From IMG/VR virus record IMGVR_UViG_3300030332_001526, positions 1 through 30,497 of that record: DNA of 30,497 nt. One strand, given 5' to 3'. Positions 17,075-25,236 of this stretch are shown one piece after another. The notes beneath the pieces are model-generated. The model had not been told where the DNA came from, searched no databases, and worked only from the letters and a program-made list of their open reading frames with translations. The stretch comes from a virus (taxonomy: Duplodnaviria; Caudoviricetes). The position numbers and the translations under genes were made by a program. How positions within the stretch are numbered: the first letter of the stretch is position 1; the number at the start of each line of letters is the position of its first letter.

Positions 17075-17378
17075 AACATCATTATCAAAGTATAGAGGCC
17101 AAGGTTGGAAAGATGAAACCAAGGTAAATGCGACAATAACTGTCGGGCAGCTGAGATTATGCCTATCAGGATTAAGGGAATTGTATCGTGCAAGTCAATT
17201 AATTATACCTGATGGCAATGAATCGGAATACATTAAAGCCATAACGGATATGGGTGAGAAAATTAAAAAAGCTATAAGTAAAGCAACTGGAGATGATAAG
17301 AACATTGCTCCAGCTATAAAACCTAATCCAAAGATGGAATACATTAACAAGATAAAAGGAGACCAAGATGAGTCTTAA
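17067..17378 (+). CDS. Hypothetical protein
   Basis: 103 aa, SD AGGAG. Confidence 0.75.
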   Translation: MNETSLSKYRGQGWKDETKVNATITVGQLRLCLSGLRELYRASQLIIPDGNESEYIKAITDMGEKIKKAISKATGDDKNIAPAIKPNPKMEYINKIKGDQDES

Positions 17379-17646
17379 TATCGTAAGTAAGGTCAGTGTA
17401 ATGGGAGCAATCGGTAAAAGCGTAGGCTATATGGTCTGGGCAGCAAACGGTGTGCTTCAATTAGCGAACAAAGGTGTTCGTAAAAGTTATGACTTCCTTG
17501 CAAATAACAAAAAGTACCATGTAACTGTGCTAATGGAGGGCGCAATTATTCAAGAAGTCGAATTTGTTTCTGCTTCAGAGATAATGAAGATTCTTGAGGG
17601 TATGAACCATTTCGATGCTTATGAAATTATCATCAAGTACCGATAG
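17368..17646 (+). CDS. Hypothetical protein
   Basis: 92 aa, SD AAGGAG. Confidence 0.75.
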   Translation: MSLNIVSKVSVMGAIGKSVGYMVWAANGVLQLANKGVRKSYDFLANNKKYHVTVLMEGAIIQEVEFVSASEIMKILEGMNHFDAYEIIIKYR

Positions 17647-17875
17647 GTGGCATGGTAGATGGATGGGATTATATCTGCAACTCGTATCAAAGGATGCTCC
17701 ATGTGTTAAGAGAGTTGAAGTAAGATATGATCCGTTCAATACCATTAGAAAGATGAGCAAAACAGAGCTTAAGGACTGCGGAAGAATGATGGCTATGTAT
17801 GTAAACTCAGACAGAGCAAGTAATGTGATTTTGTCGAAGTTAACTTACATTAATAACCGACTAAGAATTTTATAA
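17615..17875 (+). CDS. Hypothetical protein (start uncertain, probably an internal Met)
   Basis: Fills the operon gap. Confidence 0.55.
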   Translation: MLMKLSSSTDRWHGRWMGLYLQLVSKDAPCVKRVEVRYDPFNTIRKMSKTELKDCGRMMAMYVNSDRASNVILSKLTYINNRLRIL

Positions 17876-17893
17876 GTTCTTCCGCTTATAAAT

Positions 17894-17971
17894 ATAAAGG
17901 CTATGATCCAGAGAGAACTGGCGTAGGATGGTTGCTAGCCCCTACCCTCACCTAAACTCCATAGCCTTTAT
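17894..17971 (+). ncRNA. Candidate three-way-junction RNA
   Basis: 12-bp perfect ATAAAGGCTATG/CATAGCCTTTAT enclosing CCAG/CTGG and GTAGG/CCTAC stems. Confidence 0.45.
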
Positions 17972-17989
17972 TATAACTGAAAGGGTAAC

Positions 17990-18220
17990 ATGAAGGCTAA
18001 AAACTTAAAAACGATAAATGAAAATTTAATAACGATAGCTTCTTTGCAAGGAAAAGAGATTGGACTCTTAACTGCGATTGTAGCTTTACAAAAAATAATA
18101 AAAAAAGTTCAGCTAGAATACAGAAGGCTACAAGCGGATAATGATACTATTCTTAGTAAGGACGAAGTAAGCATTAGGGATATTAATGAAGAAATATCCT
18201 CAGAAATGAAAGGGTTATAA
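17990..18220 (+). CDS. Coiled-coil hypothetical protein
   Basis: 76 aa. Confidence 0.7.
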   Translation: MKAKNLKTINENLITIASLQGKEIGLLTAIVALQKIIKKVQLEYRRLQADNDTILSKDEVSIRDINEEISSEMKGL

Positions 18221-18517
18221 ATGAATTGGATCGAAACAAAAGCAGGATTACAAATGGCACAGATAGTTATTAAATATCTGCCAAAAATAACAACTTGCCT
18301 TGAAAATATGGTTAGAGAAACAGGTACTGTAGCTATGAATTCAAATCATTCAAGGATAGTATATGCTGTAGAAAAATTAGCAGGTACTAAGTATGATGAA
18401 AACGGTGATCCTGAGTGGATGAATACTGGGCCTACTAAGTATGCAAAAATTACATATACGCATATAGATGGTGAAGAATTAAATGATCCAGATGATGGCA
18501 GCTGGAAGGGCAGATAA
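18221..18517 (+). CDS. Hypothetical protein
   Basis: 98 aa, abutting both neighbours. Confidence 0.7.
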   Translation: MNWIETKAGLQMAQIVIKYLPKITTCLENMVRETGTVAMNSNHSRIVYAVEKLAGTKYDENGDPEWMNTGPTKYAKITYTHIDGEELNDPDDGSWKGR

Positions 18518-18822
18518 TGAAATTTAAAAAAACTGTGAACAAGTTTACTTTAGAAGAAATAAGGGAAGCTGTTGATATAGTTATAGGTGATGATGGTTTT
18601 AGAAGTACAGAGGTTATCGAAACTTTAAAAACATGCTTCAGACCAATGAAAACTGTAGAAATAGATGGTGAAGAATTATTTGAATATCTTCAAAAAAGAT
18701 TTCAATATACACCAATGCAAGCTTATGTGATTATGTCGGATCATAAAAAAGATTGCAGCTTCCTAGAAAATCATCCACACTATAGTATAGTGGGAAATGG
18801 GATAGCTATTAAAGATGGGTAA
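18517..18822 (+). CDS. Hypothetical protein
   Basis: 101 aa, TAATG coupling. Confidence 0.7.
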   Translation: MKFKKTVNKFTLEEIREAVDIVIGDDGFRSTEVIETLKTCFRPMKTVEIDGEELFEYLQKRFQYTPMQAYVIMSDHKKDCSFLENHPHYSIVGNGIAIKDG

Positions 18823-19006
18823 AGTAAAATCTTATGCAGAAGAATGGCTTAATAGATATGGCAAAAGCCAAGGTTTTGACTATAATAATCTTCCAAAACT
18901 AAAGCACATGAAACATGTGGAAATATTAAATCTTGATGCTGAAGAGTATTTTAGATTGTTGCAACTTGAAAAGGAGGAAGAGTTATTGACCTCATTGAAA
19001 AAATAA
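18815..19006 (+). CDS. Hypothetical protein
   Basis: 63 aa, MGKVKS start typical of small phage proteins. Confidence 0.7.
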   Translation: MGKVKSYAEEWLNRYGKSQGFDYNNLPKLKHMKHVEILNLDAEEYFRLLQLEKEEELLTSLKK

Positions 19007-19230
19007 AAGATATTGCATCTACTGGAGAATTCCAATATGATACAGAAAAAATCTCAGATGTGTCATGGTCAGGAATTGATCCTAAAGACTATCCAGATTT
19101 TTGTGATGTATACATTGATTCTGCCAGATACGATGGTAAAGAGATGACCGATGAACAGCTCTTTGAATTTCAAGGACAACATTCACAATGGTGCTATGAA
19201 CTCTTTATGGAAGATTACTTAAATGGATAA
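18985..19230 (+). CDS. Conserved phage protein (GIDxxDYPDFCD type), not in ORF track; probable ATT start
   Basis: Open frame 18970-19230 encodes ...ISDVSWSGIDPKDYPDFCDVYIDSARYDGKEMTDEQL...; AAGGAGG at 18971-18977 lies 7 nt before an in-frame ATT. Confidence 0.65.
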   Translation: MDLIEKIKDIASTGEFQYDTEKISDVSWSGIDPKDYPDFCDVYIDSARYDGKEMTDEQLFEFQGQHSQWCYELFMEDYLNG

Positions 19231-19552
19231 AGAGTATAAATACAACCTTATAAAAGAACGAGTAGACCGTGAAGACTACAGAATCGGTTGGAAGGAAAGG
19301 ACTACAATGGGTGCAAAGACCCTAAGTGATATTGATAAACCAATTATAAGCAAAGACCATTTCATTGCATTTGAAAGTGTAAGAAGATATGGTAAATGGA
19401 ACATGTACGATCCAACTGCAAAAAAAGCTACTGGATTAGAAGAGGGCATATATTTAGAAATCATAGAAAATTATCAAAAATATGAAAAAGAATATAGGGA
19501 TTCAACTACTGATGAAATATATAATGCATGGATAAACAATGCCCACTTATAA
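19223..19552 (+). CDS. Hypothetical protein, DUF5049-like C-terminal domain
   Basis: FESVRRYGKWNMYD...IIENY motif (family recalled from memory). Confidence 0.6.
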   Translation: MDKEYKYNLIKERVDREDYRIGWKERTTMGAKTLSDIDKPIISKDHFIAFESVRRYGKWNMYDPTAKKATGLEEGIYLEIIENYQKYEKEYRDSTTDEIYNAWINNAHL

Positions 19553-19565
19553 TTAATCATGGACA

Positions 19566-19580
19566 CTCCCTCTTTTTTAG
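19566..19580 (+). promoter_or_regulatory. Putative phage promoter motif
   Basis: CTCCCTCTTTTTTAG, 1 nt before an SD-less ATG. Confidence 0.65.
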
Positions 19581-19581
19581 T

Positions 19582-19785
19582 ATGAAGAAATGTCCTAAAT
19601 GTGATAAACAAACATTAGTAGAGCAACCAGATGAATATTACAAGGATGATTATAGAACCTATAAAGTCGTAGAGGCTCACGTATACTGTGAATCTTGTAG
19701 ATTTTATAGTGATGAAGTAGATGATACTTGGATTGATCTAAAAATAGATGAAATTATGTATGAAAGGATGGTAGAAGATGCCTGA
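19582..19785 (+). CDS. Zinc-ribbon protein
   Basis: MKKCPKC...CESC; start reassigned from 19528 to ATG 19582. Confidence 0.7.
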   Translation: MKKCPKCDKQTLVEQPDEYYKDDYRTYKVVEAHVYCESCRFYSDEVDDTWIDLKIDEIMYERMVEDA

Positions 19786-20800
19786 TTATATTGATACCAT
19801 GATGTATGTCGGGGATACGCCTTGGCATGGAATTGGTACGCCATTAGAGAACCCTCCCAGTATTGAGGAAGCTATTTTAAAGGCTTCTTTAAATTGGGAA
19901 GTGGTTAAAAGACCAACTTACGTTATAATGGACAAAGGTACTTGGTTTGATAAACAAGAAGGAAAGTTCACTGGACATTATGTCACTATAAGAAATGATA
20001 GTAAAGAAATACTAGGTAATGTTGGTGAACGATATACTGTATTGCAAAATACAGATGCTTTTGAACCGTTTCAACCTATGCTTGATTGGGGTTTTACCCT
20101 AGAAACTGCTGGGTCTATTAAAAATGGTAAGAAAGTATGGATATTAGCAAAAGCTCCAGAAGAATATACTGTAGGAGATGATGCTATCCATAGATATGTA
20201 CTATTGTATACTTCACATGATGGATCGTCTGGAAATTGTTTCAGGGATACATTAGTTAGAGTAGTATGCAACAATACATTAAATCTTGCTCTAGACGACA
20301 AGAAGAACAGTACTTTTGAATATTCCTTAAGACACACAGCTTCCATTAAGCAGCGTGTAATTGATCTTAGGGATAGAATTGAAGAAAGTTCTGGAAATGT
20401 GCAAAAAGCTGTAGGATATATGAATAAAATGTATGATCGGTTATTTAATCAAAGTGAAGCCGAAGTATATTTTGAACATGTGATCCCATTTCTTGCACAT
20501 AGAGGTGCTAAGTCAGATACTGAGCTTGGCATTTATAGAAAAGATATGGCAACACCAGTGTTTGAACAGCTGATGCAAAATTACTCTTCGGGAAGAGGAA
20601 ATAATGGTAAAACACTATGGGATGCTTACAATTCTGTAACCGAATATTATGACCACCAGAAAAACTATAAAGATTGGATGGCTGGTACACAATTTGGTAA
20701 GGCAAGTGAGTATAAACGCAGAGCGTTGCTATATGCTACTAAGATCATTACAAATGATATGAAGCATCATGGACAAAACTGGATAACAGGTAATAGTTAA
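19778..20800 (+). CDS. DUF932 family phage/plasmid protein
   Basis: MMYVGDTPWHGIG, LNWEV, VGERYTVLQN, ETAGSIKNGKKVWILA, SHDGS, VRVVCNNTL, TLWDAYNSVTEYYDH motifs. Confidence 0.9.
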   Translation: MPDYIDTMMYVGDTPWHGIGTPLENPPSIEEAILKASLNWEVVKRPTYVIMDKGTWFDKQEGKFTGHYVTIRNDSKEILGNVGERYTVLQNTDAFEPFQPMLDWGFTLETAGSIKNGKKVWILAKAPEEYTVGDDAIHRYVLLYTSHDGSSGNCFRDTLVRVVCNNTLNLALDDKKNSTFEYSLRHTASIKQRVIDLRDRIEESSGNVQKAVGYMNKMYDRLFNQSEAEVYFEHVIPFLAHRGAKSDTELGIYRKDMATPVFEQLMQNYSSGRGNNGKTLWDAYNSVTEYYDHQKNYKDWMAGTQFGKASEYKRRALLYATKIITNDMKHHGQNWITGNS

Positions 20801-20809
20801 GGAGTTCAA

Positions 20810-21067
20810 ATGGATTTACAACGAAAAGTTGTTATAAAAGAAGGTATGGTTCCGCCAAAGAAAACACGGCAAGGATTGACGGGAAGGAAACATACGTTTC
20901 TTGATGATGTCAATTATGGACAGTATGCTTCTTGTGGTAAACTTAGTAAGAAGGATTACACAAGACTATCAGCTGCAGTAAGATATTTCAATCATACCAA
21001 TGAAGATAATAAAACGCTTGGTGTTCGTACAACAGCGGTTGGTATAGTTGTCTTTAGGAAATCTTAA
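20810..21067 (+). CDS. Small basic protein, probably nucleic-acid binding
   Basis: IKEGMVPP...FLDDVNYGQ...RLSAAVRY...VRT..GIVVFR pattern; SD AAGGAG. Confidence 0.7.
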   Translation: MDLQRKVVIKEGMVPPKKTRQGLTGRKHTFLDDVNYGQYASCGKLSKKDYTRLSAAVRYFNHTNEDNKTLGVRTTAVGIVVFRKS

Positions 21068-21092
21068 TATCTGTGTAGATTGATCAACTACC

Positions 21093-21350
21093 CCTATGTC
21101 ACTTGATCCGACATAGGTTAGCTTGCTGAAGGTATTAAGCAGGGGATTGAATACTCATTGTAAGCCCAACTAGTTCCAAGAATTGGATATATGTCGGATG
21201 GCTTTCCAATCGTGTGTAAACAATCCCCTGTAAAATTTGACTAGAGGCCTGTCACGTAAAATGCCTAGTCAATTATATAGGGGAGTGGGTTCTTTAGGCT
21301 CGTATATGACAATGGTGACATATCGGTCTCCTTTCTTCCTACTCCCCTAT
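21093..21350 (+). ncRNA. Candidate structured RNA region with four successive stem-closed domains
   Basis: Stems 21093-21100/21110-21117, 21140-21149/21221-21230, 21237-21244/21265-21272, 21277-21288/21339-21350; no ORF in the track. Confidence 0.5.
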
Positions 21351-21356
21351 CTTTAG
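21342..21356 (+). promoter_or_regulatory. Putative phage promoter motif
   Basis: CTCCCCTATCTTTAG upstream of the recombination/replication operon. Confidence 0.55.
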
Positions 21357-21428
21357 ATATTGTTATAGATAGGGTTCTATAATAACTATTAATTTTGTGT
21401 TAAGTTCTTGTATCAAAAAGGAGACATT

Positions 21429-22100
21429 ATGAACAAATTCACGGGAATGGATGATACCCCAAGACATCCATATCACATTCTTCGAGATATTAGTTACGAA
21501 GATTTTGTTGAGAAGAAGGATAGATTTGACTATCTATCTTGGGCAGTAGCATGGGACAGACTAAAGGATGTATGTCCTCATGCAAGGTACGAAGTTGTTA
21601 CTTACCAAACTGGTAAAGGAAACATAGTTCCGTACCTAATGTGCGAAAGAGGAACTATAGTTCATATCATATTGCATTTTGAAGATGAAAATGGTGACCC
21701 AGTTCAGCATAATGAGTATCTTGCAGTTAGAGGATTCAGAAATGAATGTGTGACTGTTCCAGATGCACCACAAATAGAGAATACTATTAGAAGGTGTGTT
21801 GCAAAAGCAGTATCTATGGCAACTGGTTGGGGAATAGAACTATGGTTTGGTGAAGACATCAAAGCATTGGACTATAGGCCCGAAACAAGGCTAGATGGTA
21901 CTATGCCTAAGAACGGTGAGATGACAGTCAATCAAGGTGTAAAGCTAGATAGGCTTGGCAACAACAGGCTTATTACGAAAGAAGAACGTCAAAAGCTGAA
22001 GGTATTTGCAAAAAAAGTACCTAGCGAAAAAGATGCAGCTGAACAAATAACCCGTATTGATGATTTGATTAAAAAACGCAAGAGCGTTAAGGAGAAATAA
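21429..22100 (+). CDS. Sak-type (Rad52-like, DUF1071) single-strand annealing protein
   Basis: VEKKDRFDYLSWAVAW, IENTIRRCVAKA...GWGIELWFGEDI motifs; ATG 21429 follows AAAGGAG. Confidence 0.85.
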   Translation: MNKFTGMDDTPRHPYHILRDISYEDFVEKKDRFDYLSWAVAWDRLKDVCPHARYEVVTYQTGKGNIVPYLMCERGTIVHIILHFEDENGDPVQHNEYLAVRGFRNECVTVPDAPQIENTIRRCVAKAVSMATGWGIELWFGEDIKALDYRPETRLDGTMPKNGEMTVNQGVKLDRLGNNRLITKEERQKLKVFAKKVPSEKDAAEQITRIDDLIKKRKSVKEK

Positions 22101-22102
22101 AG

Positions 22103-22708
22103 ATGCCATTACCTTTTGGAAAAAGTACACCAAATGATAAACCTAATTCTAGTAATAGTAAAAATGGTGTTATCATAAATGAAGTTGTAATTCGTAAAGT
22201 ACTAGATGTGCTATATGATGAAAAACTTCCTTGGATGCAATATTCTGATGACATTGGATTAAATTTAGAATTAAATGTTGGAAGAGATTTCTATCCTAAA
22301 TTCTATGTAGGTGGAAATTGGAAGAGAAATAGCCGAAAGGAAGTTGTAGGCTATGGAAGTTCTTTCAAAATAAACCTATTGCTTAAAGCATGTGGCTTTG
22401 ATAAAGTTGATAAATTGTTCGATGAAGAATGCAAGCTATCCCAACAAACAATAGATGATCTTGTTGGTAGAAAGTTTCTAAGATTAAGTTATGCTAGAGG
22501 ATTAAAAACCACTGGTAAGATTGATTGGAAAGATTGGCAACAGGCTGGAAGAGTTGAGGAAGGAGAAGGAAATTTCCTTATAAGATTCCTAGCGGCAGTA
22601 GAGGATGGACACGTAAAGGATTATGATCCACACGTAACTCCAACCGATAGCGATCTAGATTTCCCTCCAGCAGATAAACAATCAGACGATGAAAAGTTTG
22701 CGTTATGA
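22103..22708 (+). CDS. Probable single-stranded DNA-binding protein
   Basis: Directly after the annealing protein; beta-rich core and acidic tail ending DLDFPP...DDEKFAL. Confidence 0.5.
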   Translation: MPLPFGKSTPNDKPNSSNSKNGVIINEVVIRKVLDVLYDEKLPWMQYSDDIGLNLELNVGRDFYPKFYVGGNWKRNSRKEVVGYGSSFKINLLLKACGFDKVDKLFDEECKLSQQTIDDLVGRKFLRLSYARGLKTTGKIDWKDWQQAGRVEEGEGNFLIRFLAAVEDGHVKDYDPHVTPTDSDLDFPPADKQSDDEKFAL

Positions 22709-22983
22709 GAAAACCTTCCGCTAAGAAGATAATTTTAGAGTTCTTACATGGAAGGTTGCAGTATGGTAACAATGAAATCAGTTCTCATCATTTTGAGAAA
22801 GAGTTACCAGAGTGGGGTATTAGGTATTGGGATGTGAAACATAATCCCAGTACCTATAGCAGAATCTGGAGGATACTTAAGTCTGGTGAAGGACTTAAGG
22901 CTATTGATGTAGACAAAGTAGAAATCAAAAAAACCCACAGTAAGGAACGCACATGGATACTACGGAGAAGTATATTGAATTAG
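22705..22983 (+). CDS. Probable winged-helix DNA-binding protein
   Basis: Helices, PSTYSRIWR recognition-like helix, terminal beta hairpin; ATGA overlap. Confidence 0.5.
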   Translation: MRKPSAKKIILEFLHGRLQYGNNEISSHHFEKELPEWGIRYWDVKHNPSTYSRIWRILKSGEGLKAIDVDKVEIKKTHSKERTWILRRSILN

Positions 22984-24740
22984 CTGTTGGGTCAGTATCC
23001 AACAGAGGAAAAGTGATAAATCCAGAGTTACTTAGCGGATACATAGTTCCTGAAACGGAATTATATAGAAGCTTATTTGTATTAGATCACACTGCTTTAG
23101 GCCACTTTGATAATAGTGGCTCCATAAGATCATATAAAGGAAACTACAGTCTAGATAAAATTACCTTTGATATTGATAAAGGTAAAAACATGGGCGACAG
23201 TATTCTCAATTATACCAGATATTTTGTTGAAGACCTAAATACAAGAGGTGTTGAGAATAGCTGGATACGTGTATGGTTTAGTGGTACTGGATTTCATGTA
23301 GAAATACCCGAGATATATGGATTCCCAATAAATTCTGATCTTCCTAGTATCGTAAAAGAGACTATGAAAAGTCAATTTGATGCTGACATAGATGCAATCT
23401 ATGATAGAGGAAGGCTGATGAGGGTTGGTTATTCATATAATAGTAAAAGTGAGTTATATAAAACTCCACTTATGCTAGATGAGTTAAAGGGTATGACATA
23501 CGCTGAAATTTGCACCTTAGCAGCAACTTTTAGAAGAGAAGACTATAAGCCATTACCACTACCAGAGGTTGATCCTATATGGTCAGATAATATTGTATTA
23601 CCAAAAACAAAAACAGTATTAACCAGAGATGGTGACAAAACTGGTCAAACCACTGGAAATGTTACTTGTGTTCAGAAAATGTATAATGCTGGTGAAAAAG
23701 AAGGACATAGGCATAATATGCTATTACGTATGAATAGCGCATGGAAAAGGGCAGGAGTAACAAGAATAGGTGCTTATGCCATGAGCAATGCGTGGGCAGT
23801 GTCATATGAAGATAGTGACCTTAAGAGTGTGGTAAATAGTGTTTATGATAAAGGCTACAGTTACAGTTGTCAGGATGTATACATGGATCAATATTGCGAT
23901 CCTAAATGTAAATATTTCAGACACAAAAACTATGGACTTGAAATAGTTACTGCTGAAAATGCTGTTAAGAGTTTAATTGCATTAGCTAAACGTGACATAA
24001 ACGAATGCAGCTTCAACTTAAAGGATATTTATAATATGAAAGATAATTATAGATTCTTTGAAGGCGAACTTGCTATAGTTATGGGTGATACTAAGCTTGG
24101 TAAAACTGCTTGGGTACAAAACCTATGCGTAAGCTTATCAAACATGAACATATTGTTTATGTCGCTGGAAGTAAATCAGGATTTAATGCAACGAAGGTTA
24201 AACCAAATTGCATTAAATAAAAGTAAGGATGAAATATGGGATATATGTAAAAATGGGACAGAAGATGAAATCAGAAATATGGTTGATTCTACCTCTCATA
24301 TAAAGCTTATGACCCTTGCTCCTGACATAGATACTATTGATGATATAATGCATGAATCGCAAGCAAAGATATTAGTCATTGATACTATAGATGCAATCAA
24401 AGTACGTTTCTGTAACGATCCAATGCAGAAAATGGAAAAAATAATCAATGAGCTAAAGCAACTGGCTCAAAGCATGAAGATTATTATAATTGGCATTAGC
24501 CATATTTCCAAATCTGCATCAGATAATCTTTTAGGTGTTCATAGTGCTAAAGGAAATTCGGTAATTGAACAAAAATCTGATAAAGTCATTGGAATCGTAG
24601 GAGAGAGACTGTCTCAACGAAGAACAATAAAATCTTTAGCTTCTAGAGATGAGTCAGATTTCATAATTTCCTGCGTGTTTAACTATGATACATTTCAGTT
24701 TGAACAGATTACGTCAAATACTGTATTTGAAAACCAATGA
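22953..24740 (+). CDS. AEP primase fused to a DnaB-like (SF4) helicase
   Basis: AEP motifs ITFDID, FSGTGFH, RLMRV.YS.N.KS; EGHRHN PriCT-like region with Cys cluster; helicase GDTKLGKT, ILFMSLE, ILVIDTID, IGISH, IEQKSD. Confidence 0.88.
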   Translation: MDTTEKYIELAVGSVSNRGKVINPELLSGYIVPETELYRSLFVLDHTALGHFDNSGSIRSYKGNYSLDKITFDIDKGKNMGDSILNYTRYFVEDLNTRGVENSWIRVWFSGTGFHVEIPEIYGFPINSDLPSIVKETMKSQFDADIDAIYDRGRLMRVGYSYNSKSELYKTPLMLDELKGMTYAEICTLAATFRREDYKPLPLPEVDPIWSDNIVLPKTKTVLTRDGDKTGQTTGNVTCVQKMYNAGEKEGHRHNMLLRMNSAWKRAGVTRIGAYAMSNAWAVSYEDSDLKSVVNSVYDKGYSYSCQDVYMDQYCDPKCKYFRHKNYGLEIVTAENAVKSLIALAKRDINECSFNLKDIYNMKDNYRFFEGELAIVMGDTKLGKTAWVQNLCVSLSNMNILFMSLEVNQDLMQRRLNQIALNKSKDEIWDICKNGTEDEIRNMVDSTSHIKLMTLAPDIDTIDDIMHESQAKILVIDTIDAIKVRFCNDPMQKMEKIINELKQLAQSMKIIIIGISHISKSASDNLLGVHSAKGNSVIEQKSDKVIGIVGERLSQRRTIKSLASRDESDFIISCVFNYDTFQFEQITSNTVFENQ

Positions 24741-24754
24741 TAAGTAAAATGATT

Positions 24755-24804
24755 AGAAGGGGGAGATAACGAATATTCTCTGGAATTCTCTCCCCCTTCT
24801 TTAG
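24755..24804 (+). promoter_or_regulatory. 12-bp inverted repeat whose 3' arm carries the promoter motif
   Basis: AGAAGGGGGAGA/TCTCCCCCTTCT; CTCCCCCTTCTTTAG at 24790-24804. Confidence 0.55.
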
Positions 24805-24824
24805 ATATAACAGGAGACCTCGGA

Positions 24825-25076
24825 ATGGAAACTGTATTTATTGAAATAGAAGATGGTACGGTTAAAAGCGTACTAGCTTCTAATACTCAAGTAATAATTC
24901 ATGATTATGATATAGAAGGTATAAGTGGTGATATGATTATCGCCAAGGATGGAAGACCTTGTATTGAAACTATTATGAAGTTTCCTAATAATAAAAAAAT
25001 TGCAGAAAAGGAAAAGGATGGACGACTTCGATTTAAGGATATGGAAGATACCGATATTCAGAAAGACAGTAATTAA
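24825..25076 (+). CDS. Conserved phage hypothetical protein
   Basis: VFIEIEDGTV.SV....VIIHDYDIEG pattern; SD AGGAG. Confidence 0.75.
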   Translation: METVFIEIEDGTVKSVLASNTQVIIHDYDIEGISGDMIIAKDGRPCIETIMKFPNNKKIAEKEKDGRLRFKDMEDTDIQKDSN

Positions 25077-25236
25077 TGAAGAAACTGTAAAAGGAATACG
25101 TTCTGTGTTACTAGGAATAATTCCTATTACTATTACCTATGGAACCGAAAAGGGCGATCATATACATTTAAGCATTGGAATATTTGCTTTTGAAGTATTT
25201 GCTGGTGTATCAATATGGAAGAAGTTTCTTCCATGA
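25018..25236 (+). CDS. Hypothetical protein
   Basis: ATG 25018 after AAGGA; beta/hydrophobic composition. Confidence 0.6.
   Translation: MDDFDLRIWKIPIFRKTVINEETVKGIRSVLLGIIPITITYGTEKGDHIHLSIGIFAFEVFAGVSIWKKFLP

Noticed and set aside
21360-21397. Sigma70 (TTGTTA/TATAAT) or Bacteroidetes (TAATTTTG) promoter
   Set aside because: Spacing is wrong for both (12 nt for sigma70), and strong SD usage argues against a typical Bacteroidetes host.
13852-22772. ORFs 13852, 16846, 17575, 19276, 20071, 20508, 21945, 22578 (-) and 14111, 14845 (+)
   Set aside because: Antisense or out-of-frame overlaps with better-supported genes or terminators.
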